Origin: Terrimicrobiaceae bacterium
Lineage (GTDB): Bacteria > Verrucomicrobiota > Verrucomicrobiia > Chthoniobacterales > Terrimicrobiaceae
Length of the DNA: 35,244 bases
NCBI GenBank assembly: GCA_041752695.1
Contig: JBGSVZ010000044.1
Coordinates: 1-35,244, forward strand
Direction: 5' to 3'
The position numbers and the translations under genes were made by a program. The notes under the pieces are model-generated. The model had not been told where the DNA came from and did no database searches. It saw nothing but the letters and a program-made list of their open reading frames with translations. This document shows positions 19,841 to 27,258 of the stretch, piece after piece (positions within the stretch are counted from its first letter, which is position 1; the number at the start of each line of letters is the position of its first letter).

Positions 19841-21997
19841 ATGAAGCCTCTTTCTCTTATTGCCCTCTTAGTCACGATCGTTTCAGCGACCGCAACGCCC
19901 TCGATCCACGTTTCACCGCAAGGAGACGACGCCGGCGCTGGCACGCCGGAATCCCCCTACCGGACCATAGACCGGGCGCGGGATGCGATCCGCGCGCAGA
20001 AAACCGCGGGCCAAACTGGGCCATTCACCGTCGAATTGGCTTCGGGTTTGTATCCCGTCGAAACGACTATCCGTTTCGGAGCCCAGGATTCTGGCGCGGA
20101 GGGAGCCCCTGTCACCTATCGTTCGCGTGAGCCGGGCGGGGCGGTGTTGAAGGGCGCGAAGGTTCTTTCGTTGTCCGACTTCCGTCCCGTCACTGACCCC
20201 GCTCTGCGCGAGCGACTCGATCCGTCGGCGCGGGGCAAGGTCGTCGCGATCTCGCTTGCCGAGGCGGGGCTCAAACACGGCGGTCCTTTTCCTGACCGCT
20301 TCGAAGACCGGGGTGGGATTTTCGAGGTTTTCGACAAGACCGGTCGACTGCCGCTCTCCCGCTGGCCAAATGAGGGATACACCACAATGAAATCGGTGCT
20401 AGAGATTGGCGACAAAACCATCCCCGGAGTTTTTGAATATCGCGACGAACGCCCCAGCCGCTGGCTGAAAAACGAAAACGTCTGGCTGAAGGGTCAGTGG
20501 CGTGTGGGCTGGGAGGATCCCGCGCTCAAGGTCAAGTCCATCGATCCTGCGACCCACACCATCACGTTTGCCACCGGGCTGCCCAATGGGATCGGCTCGA
20601 AATACCACCGCCCGAAAGACGGGGCTCTGGCGGGGTCAGGCAAGGAAGCCTGGTGCGCGATGAACCTCCCGGAGGAAATCGACCAACCGGGCGAGTGGGC
20701 GATTGATTTTTCCACCGGAACGCTTTTGGTCTGGCCGCGCGAAGATGGTCCCGACGCCAAACTGATTGTCACCCAACTCGACCAACCACTTATTGAAGTC
20801 AACGGTGCGACCGATCTGGTCTTTGAGGGCCTCATTCTGGAGCATTCTTTGGGCGACGGCATCGTGATGGAGAACGTGGAACGCTGCCTTGTCGCGGGCT
20901 GTGTGGTCCGGAATATCGCCGGACGCGGAGTGGTCGTGCACGGCCGCAAATCGGGCGTGCTGAGTTGCGATATCCACGACATCGGCCAAGGCGCAGTGAC
21001 GGTCAGCGGCGGCGATCGCAAATCGCTCACCATGTCGGAAAACTTTGTCCTCAACAACCACCTCCACCACTACGGCGTGTTGAAAAACCAGTACTCCGCA
21101 GGAGTTCATGTGGGTGCCACCGCAAACCCCAACGGAGCAAATGCCGTGCGGGACGCCGTGGGGATCCGCATTGCACACAATTCCATCCATCACGCCCCGC
21201 GCGACGCCTTTCTCTACTCAGGCAATGATAATATCTATGAGTTCAACGAAATCTATTACTGCGGATATAACACCGCCGACGTCGGGGCCTTTTATTCGTG
21301 GCTCGACTGGACCATGCGCGGCAACGTGATTCGATATAATTACATGCACGACACAGTCGGCGGGGTGAACCCTGACGATGGAGCCTCGGGCAATCTGGTT
21401 CACGGCAACATCTTTTCCGGCCCGCGCATTGGTGTCTGGATCGCCTCGGGGCCGGACAACATCATCCGGCACAATATTTTCCTCAAGGAAGAGGGGTCGG
21501 TATTCGGGATGGACGATCGAGGAGTCGGGCGCGGCTACGCCACGAATCCCCGCCTGATCAATCGGGTTCGGGAACTTAATCCGACCGAAGAACCCTGGAA
21601 ATCCGCCCATCCCGAGTTGGCGACCATGCTCGACAACCGGCCGGAACTCCCCTGGCGCACGCAATTTGTCGGTAATCTGATTGTTTCCAAAAACCCAAAA
21701 CCCTCCGAACTGAAGATGAAGGCCGAGTTCAAAACCAACCCCGAAATCCTCCTGGAAAAAGACAACCTCGTCGTCGCCGAGGACCCGGGGTTCGTTGATC
21801 TCGCGGGTGGGGATCTTACTCTGCGCGAGGAGGCAAAAATCGCCGAACGAATCCCGGGGTTTGAGCCGATTCCGTTCCGTCAGATCGGACTTTACCAGGA
21901 CGCCTACCGGACCCGCCTTCCGACGGAAGCCGAGGCCGCCCGCGGTCCGGAACACAGTCCCTACGCGGAGGACAAGGATCACAACTTTGGGACGTGA
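19841..21997 (+). CDS. Right-handed parallel beta-helix repeat protein (pectin-lyase-like fold; GH141-like architecture), secreted
   Basis: HVSPQGDDAGAGTPESPYRTIDRARDAIR N-terminus, RWPN, EEIDQPGEW, repeated beta-helix rungs (NNHLHH, HNSIHH, FNEIY, YNYMHD), DVGAFY, PDDG. Confidence 0.82.
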   Translation: MKPLSLIALLVTIVSATATPSIHVSPQGDDAGAGTPESPYRTIDRARDAIRAQKTAGQTGPFTVELASGLYPVETTIRFGAQDSGAEGAPVTYRSREPGGAVLKGAKVLSLSDFRPVTDPALRERLDPSARGKVVAISLAEAGLKHGGPFPDRFEDRGGIFEVFDKTGRLPLSRWPNEGYTTMKSVLEIGDKTIPGVFEYRDERPSRWLKNENVWLKGQWRVGWEDPALKVKSIDPATHTITFATGLPNGIGSKYHRPKDGALAGSGKEAWCAMNLPEEIDQPGEWAIDFSTGTLLVWPREDGPDAKLIVTQLDQPLIEVNGATDLVFEGLILEHSLGDGIVMENVERCLVAGCVVRNIAGRGVVVHGRKSGVLSCDIHDIGQGAVTVSGGDRKSLTMSENFVLNNHLHHYGVLKNQYSAGVHVGATANPNGANAVRDAVGIRIAHNSIHHAPRDAFLYSGNDNIYEFNEIYYCGYNTADVGAFYSWLDWTMRGNVIRYNYMHDTVGGVNPDDGASGNLVHGNIFSGPRIGVWIASGPDNIIRHNIFLKEEGSVFGMDDRGVGRGYATNPRLINRVRELNPTEEPWKSAHPELATMLDNRPELPWRTQFVGNLIVSKNPKPSELKMKAEFKTNPEILLEKDNLVVAEDPGFVDLAGGDLTLREEAKIAERIPGFEPIPFRQIGLYQDAYRTRLPTEAEAARGPEHSPYAEDKDHNFGT

Positions 21998-22038
21998 TGA
22001 TTCGTCAGGGAGATGCTAAGCCTTCTTTTCCTCTTCCC

Positions 22039-24582
22039 ATGACTTCATTTCGAGTTTTCTCCCTCACGCTCACCCTGCTTGGAGTCGGACCGCTTTCGGC
22101 CGCGTCGGATCCGCGCATTGGTGATGTCACTCCCGTCCTGCCCTCGGAAAAGGTGGACCGCGCACTCAATGGCACCTTTGCTTTTCCCGCCTCGCCTGCC
22201 GTACAATGGACCCCAGACGACCGGGGGTTCGCCCGGGAGCGGCTTTTCCAGGTGCCAGAGCCGGGGGTTCATCCCCGGATCCTTTTTGGCCCCGACGACG
22301 TGCCGCGCATCCGCCGCCACCTCGAGTCGAGTGAAGCCGGCGAAGGAATGTTAGCCGGCCTCCGCGAGCAACTCCGGAAGGGCATTGGTACTCCGGGCAC
22401 GTGGGAGGAACGCTGTTACAGCGCTCTGGCTGCGGGGGATTTGGCCGCCTTCCGCGAGGCTTATAAAGAAAGCCCGCTCGACGACCAGCCGCCGGGCTCG
22501 GGATTTCGGACCAACATCCCCGGTCGGGTCTTTGCCACCCGCTGGGGGCCCCGCAATCCTCTCCTTGTCGCGATGGAAGTGCAGGCCCTGCTGGCCCTGC
22601 TTGATGACGACGCCGTCGCCGGTCGTAAAGTCGCTACAGCGCTGACCACCTACGCCCGCTACCTTGAACCGAAAGTGGAGGCCGCCAATGCCCGTCCGCG
22701 TCATGAGTTTCATTGGTCGTCCACCCGCTACCTCGTGCCCAACGAAGTGGCTTACGGCTACGACTGGGCCTGGAAATGGATGACCCCGGAACAGCGCAAA
22801 ACCCTGCATTCCCTCATCGTCAGCGCCACCGTGGGCAAATACACCGTTGGCATGGACCTCCCCGCCCACTGGCGGAATTGGAATCACATTGGCATGACCG
22901 AATCCTATGCCGCATGTTTCTTTGCCATTGAAGGCGAGCCCGGCGATGACCCGCGCGGGCGCGACCGGATTTTTGAAGTCTATCGCGACTACCTCACCTA
23001 TGGCATCAACAGCCTCGGTTCCGGCACTGAAGGCATTGGATATCAAACCCTCGGCATCGGACACCTCAGTTCACCGATGCTCGCGTTTGCCAACCGTGGA
23101 AAAAACCTTTTCTTTCACCCGCATTGGCGGCGGCACACCGAATCGTGGCTGGTTCAAACCATGCAGCCTTTCGGCGGCGGGTGGCAATCCAGCGGCGACC
23201 TCGCCAACTTCGCACCCAGCCTGTCCATGCTGGGCGTGCAGAAATATTTCTACCCGGATTCCGCCGGCATTGACTACGTCCTGCGCAACCACCCCGCCAT
23301 CCAGAAAAAGGAATGGGCCAAAATCGCCGCCGACGCCAACGAAACCCAGTGGATCACGGCCCTCTCGCCCGGCGCGAACGACACCCGTGAGGCCGCTTTG
23401 CGTGAGGCCTCGGCCCTGGTCGGCGGCGGGCTCACCTTTTACGACGCGGAACGTGGGTTTCTCTACACCCGCACCGGTTGGGGCCCCGACGATGTGGTGG
23501 TTCATGTGGACTGTCGGGTGGATACGACGTTTCCCACCCACGACCACGCGGATCGCGGACAATTCACCCTCGCCGCGCTCGGTCGCGCCTGGGCCTGCGA
23601 CGGCTACCGCGACACGGAGTCGAAATATCATAATATCGTCACGATCGACGGACGCGGTCAGGGGTACTTTGCCACGCCTGCCCGCTGGATCGCTGTGGAA
23701 GACGACGACGCGGCCACCACGGCCATCGTGGACGCCAAGTATTGCTGGGACTGGCAGTGGCCCAAATCGATGTACGGCGAATCCGCCGCCTCGCTCGAGA
23801 ACCGCGCGCAGGCCTGGGCCATCCCCATCGCCGCCGTCTGGCAACAGCGTTTCCCGCTCTCCCTTTGGGAAATTGATCCCACGCCCTCCGTCACCGCGTA
23901 TTACCAAGGGTTCGCCACGCGGGAGCTGGGAGATCCGCGGATGTGGGACGACGAGGATGGCTGGCAGCCGCGTGTTCCATGGTATCCCGTGCAAAAAGCC
24001 TTTCGCACCGTGAGCCTCACCCGCGGCAAACACTCCTATTTGCTCGTGGTGGACGACATCCGCAAAGACGACACCGAGCACCTTTACGAATGGCGCATGA
24101 ACATGCCTCCCGACGTTGCGGCGGTGACCATCAAAGGTGCCGACATCCTCCTCGGCGACCGCACCACTGCGCGGAAACCGGCGGAACTGCCCCTCGGTTT
24201 TCAAGGACCGACCGATCTCTCGCCCGCGCCCGGTGACCGCCTGCTGCTCGTCCGAACCCTCGGCATCGCCATCCCCGACCAGCCCACCATCCAACCCATC
24301 CCGATGGTCGCCACCATCGAATACAAAAAAACTGCCGACGAACACCAATTCACCGGCCGCAGCATGGGAATGGGCACCCAGGTCGTGATCGGCTCCCGCA
24401 GCGTCGAACCGCGTTTCGTCATCCTCCTCTTCCCCCACCGCCAAGGAGAAGAGATCCCCACCACCACTTGGAACGACGACAAATCCCGACTGACCATTTC
24501 CTGGAAGGATCAGACCGACAGCTACGCCATCACCACCACCCCCGAAGGCCGGCGGGTTTTTGAACGAGAGGGCTCCCCTTAA
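22039..24582 (+). CDS. Heparinase II/III-like secreted protein, paralogue D (847 aa)
   Basis: ATG 22039 gives the signal peptide MTSFRVFSLTLTLLGVGPLSA; PGVHPRILF, YGYDW, RNWNH, AIEGEPG, TEGIGY, TRTGW, THDHADRG, HNIVTIDG, WDWQW, LLFPHRQGE. Confidence 0.7.
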   Translation: MTSFRVFSLTLTLLGVGPLSAASDPRIGDVTPVLPSEKVDRALNGTFAFPASPAVQWTPDDRGFARERLFQVPEPGVHPRILFGPDDVPRIRRHLESSEAGEGMLAGLREQLRKGIGTPGTWEERCYSALAAGDLAAFREAYKESPLDDQPPGSGFRTNIPGRVFATRWGPRNPLLVAMEVQALLALLDDDAVAGRKVATALTTYARYLEPKVEAANARPRHEFHWSSTRYLVPNEVAYGYDWAWKWMTPEQRKTLHSLIVSATVGKYTVGMDLPAHWRNWNHIGMTESYAACFFAIEGEPGDDPRGRDRIFEVYRDYLTYGINSLGSGTEGIGYQTLGIGHLSSPMLAFANRGKNLFFHPHWRRHTESWLVQTMQPFGGGWQSSGDLANFAPSLSMLGVQKYFYPDSAGIDYVLRNHPAIQKKEWAKIAADANETQWITALSPGANDTREAALREASALVGGGLTFYDAERGFLYTRTGWGPDDVVVHVDCRVDTTFPTHDHADRGQFTLAALGRAWACDGYRDTESKYHNIVTIDGRGQGYFATPARWIAVEDDDAATTAIVDAKYCWDWQWPKSMYGESAASLENRAQAWAIPIAAVWQQRFPLSLWEIDPTPSVTAYYQGFATRELGDPRMWDDEDGWQPRVPWYPVQKAFRTVSLTRGKHSYLLVVDDIRKDDTEHLYEWRMNMPPDVAAVTIKGADILLGDRTTARKPAELPLGFQGPTDLSPAPGDRLLLVRTLGIAIPDQPTIQPIPMVATIEYKKTADEHQFTGRSMGMGTQVVIGSRSVEPRFVILLFPHRQGEEIPTTTWNDDKSRLTISWKDQTDSYAITTTPEGRRVFEREGSP

Positions 24583-24675
24583 GGCAATTTCTTCCATTTC
24601 AATTTCTCACTCCTCGGCGTAGGCGGCTCAGCCCCCAAAAACTCGGCGGAGCGATCCGAATGGCCGGAAAACAGG

Positions 24676-24739
24676 ATGCAATTGCAACAAAACGCAAATG
24701 CAGCGGAAAATTGCATTTTTTCTATTTTTGTAGCAGTCT
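24676..24739 (+). promoter_or_regulatory. Candidate promoter/operator for block 2
   Basis: AT-rich island with palindrome TGCAATTGCA (24677-86), inverted repeats ATGCAATT/AATTGCAT (24676-83/24709-16) and AAATGCA/TGCATTT (24696-702/24712-18), and a possible TTGCAT-17nt-CAGTCT promoter (24711-24739). Confidence 0.45.
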
Positions 24740-24930
24740 TTGCTCTGCCGTTGAAGAGCGGCCACCACGATCTTCCCGCATGTTGTCTCCCGAACAAAAA
24801 CCTTTAGCTCTCACCGTCATCGTTTGCCGCGTTGTGCGGCGAGGGATGGAGTTCTCATTGCCCTTTGCTCATGGGGCGGCGACGGCCCCCCTCCGTCCGG
24901 AGGATTAGTTTGTTCCAACGCACTGCCCCC

Positions 24931-27258
24931 ATGTTTCGCCGCGCCCTTATTTTTCCCCTTCTGCTCGCCCATGCGTCGGCCGGATCCCCGAGCGCCTCGC
25001 TGCGGCCCGTCGTGGCCACGGCCAGCTCTTCCCGGTCGGGGGATGGTCCGGAAAAGGCGGTGGACGGTGTGATCTCGGACTCCTCCCGCTGGGTTGCACC
25101 CGACGCCTCCGGATGGCTTGAAATCCGGCTCGATGGCGTCCATTCCATCGCCGGCCTTCATCTCCACACGGGCTATAGAAACGCCGATGCCGTGACGGAT
25201 TTCCGCGTCCAGTTCGGGGCGAACGGCGTGTGGCGCGACATCCCGTCCGCCATCATCACGAACAACCGATCAACTGCGATTGCCTTGCCATTCGATTCAA
25301 CCGTGGACGTGGTCACCGACCGTCTTCGTCTCGAAATTGGCCGTTCTCCGAAGAACGCCATTCGCGTCAAGGAAGTCGTTGTCTGGCCCGCGAGTCAGGG
25401 CGACCTGCCCGCCCTTCCGGCTGCGGCCGTTCCCGAGGGCCCGGCCCGCGCGGCGTCCTCTCCGCAGTCCGCAATTACTCCGCTTTACCTGAATCAAAGC
25501 GGCTTCAACCTCGGAAAACCGAAACGCTTTACCGCGCCGACCCTGCCGGACGGCACGCCGTATGTTGTTCGGCCGGCCGCACCGTCCAGCGCCCCGGTTT
25601 TTCGCGGCCTGATCGAGAAACAGATCGGCGACTTCTCGTCCTTCGATCCGGTGACTCAGGAAGAATTTGTGATCGAGGCGGGCAGCCTGGTTTCCGTTCC
25701 GTTCCGTGTTGGCCATTGGTGGCTGGAACGGGTCAGCACCCAAAACTCGCTCGATTTCCTGATCGATGCCCGACACCACGTCGGCAACGACCGCGCGACC
25801 TGCCCTGGCTCGTTTGGCTGGCGGGACGATCATCATTTCGGCTGGGAGCTTCATGTTTTGGTGCCGCAACTCCTGTCCAATCCTTCCGCTTACACCCGGC
25901 TTCCGAGTCAGATTCGTTACGAAGCGCCGGACGCCCGGCAGCTCTGGGGAGCCCTCCAGCCCTACTCCGAGGACGCGCCCGATTTGGTGAAGCTCATTCA
26001 CTGGGGCGCTGATGTCATCGTCACGCAGAAGCTTTCTCACGAAATGCTGAAATCCCAGCTCGCCTATTTCCTCTACGCCTGGCCATGGCTCAAAACCTGG
26101 CTGCCCGAGCAAAACTACCACGCCGTTCTCGACTACACCTTTGCGACGTGGTCGCGCCCGGAGGCTGATCGGACTTATCCCTACGACGTCAGCGAGGGTC
26201 ACGATTTGCTCGCTCTGAAAACCCGGATCGGCGACACCAAGGGCGCTCTTCCACCGGGGTTTTCGGTCCAGCCCAACCTCCTCCTCTACGAAGTCGCTGT
26301 TCGCGAAAACCGACCCGACGCTGACCTCTACCTCGCCGCGGCCGTGCGGCAGGCCGAATGGCTCGTTGCCAACCTGGATTGGGAAAATCCGCGCCACACG
26401 AAGGGCCAGCGCATGAGCGAGTTTCTCACCGTCACCGGACTCGCCCACCTCCTCGCCGCGCATCCCGACCGGGCCCCCGCGGGCTTGGCGGCCAAGCTCG
26501 ACGCCTGGGCCGATGCGGTCATTCGCCGCTCAACCAACCTCTGGGATTTCCGCAAACTGGGCGACGCCCCCGACCAGTGGACTCCCGTCGGTGCGAAACC
26601 CACGATGTGGAACGAACCGGGCAATGTCGTGGGGCTTCCCGCCAGCATTTATGCCGTTCTGCCTGCAATCTCCGATCCGGCGAAACGAATCCGTCTCGAA
26701 CAAATCGCCTGGGCTCACTTCGACCAGCTTTTTGGACGCAATCCGGTGGGGCGTCATTTTTCCTTCGACGCTCCGCGTGAGGTGGAGGGGGTGGAACACG
26801 GTTGGTTTAAGTTTCACGTCGGCGGCATCGGTCGTCTCGCCGACGCACGATTTGTCCTCGATGGAAGTCCGAAAAATGTTCACTACCCGCACAACCCCGA
26901 TCGCGGCGACGTGGGGTGGACGGAGGGTTGGATTCAACACAATTTGCCTTTCAATTTGAGTCTCGCTTACCTCGCGCAGGCCGACACCCGGATCGATGTC
27001 CGCCGCGAGGCTGGAGAGGTGGTGGTCCGGCTCCAGGCTCCACTCAACTTCGACCCGCACTGCATCGAAACGGGCACCGTGAATGTTGTTTCCTCGGCGG
27101 GCGTGCGCCGCAGGTTGACCGTCACCGAAGAATCCGCCAACGACCGTTGGTTTTCCGCGCGACTGCCGGTCGCGCCCGACGAAGATTTCACCGTCTCTTA
27201 CGGAGGGGGATATTTCGCCACCACTGCCCAGCTTGACCCGGTTCTTACCGTTCGATGA
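24931..27258 (+). CDS. Secreted discoidin (F5/8 type C, CBM32-like) domain + GH9-like Ig/(alpha/alpha)6 protein (775 aa)
   Basis: Signal peptide MFRRALIFPLLLAHASA; ATASS...PEKAVDG...SRW...WLEIRL (discoidin); LNQSGFNLGKPKRF and IGDFSSF (CelD-N-like Ig domain); LFGRNP (GH9-like). Confidence 0.6.
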   Translation: MFRRALIFPLLLAHASAGSPSASLRPVVATASSSRSGDGPEKAVDGVISDSSRWVAPDASGWLEIRLDGVHSIAGLHLHTGYRNADAVTDFRVQFGANGVWRDIPSAIITNNRSTAIALPFDSTVDVVTDRLRLEIGRSPKNAIRVKEVVVWPASQGDLPALPAAAVPEGPARAASSPQSAITPLYLNQSGFNLGKPKRFTAPTLPDGTPYVVRPAAPSSAPVFRGLIEKQIGDFSSFDPVTQEEFVIEAGSLVSVPFRVGHWWLERVSTQNSLDFLIDARHHVGNDRATCPGSFGWRDDHHFGWELHVLVPQLLSNPSAYTRLPSQIRYEAPDARQLWGALQPYSEDAPDLVKLIHWGADVIVTQKLSHEMLKSQLAYFLYAWPWLKTWLPEQNYHAVLDYTFATWSRPEADRTYPYDVSEGHDLLALKTRIGDTKGALPPGFSVQPNLLLYEVAVRENRPDADLYLAAAVRQAEWLVANLDWENPRHTKGQRMSEFLTVTGLAHLLAAHPDRAPAGLAAKLDAWADAVIRRSTNLWDFRKLGDAPDQWTPVGAKPTMWNEPGNVVGLPASIYAVLPAISDPAKRIRLEQIAWAHFDQLFGRNPVGRHFSFDAPREVEGVEHGWFKFHVGGIGRLADARFVLDGSPKNVHYPHNPDRGDVGWTEGWIQHNLPFNLSLAYLAQADTRIDVRREAGEVVVRLQAPLNFDPHCIETGTVNVVSSAGVRRRLTVTEESANDRWFSARLPVAPDEDFTVSYGGGYFATTAQLDPVLTVR

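Noticed and set aside
24647..24658. CGGA-GCGA-TCCG GNRA hairpin as the block 1 terminator
   Set aside because: Only a 4-bp stem with no U-tract; insufficient support.
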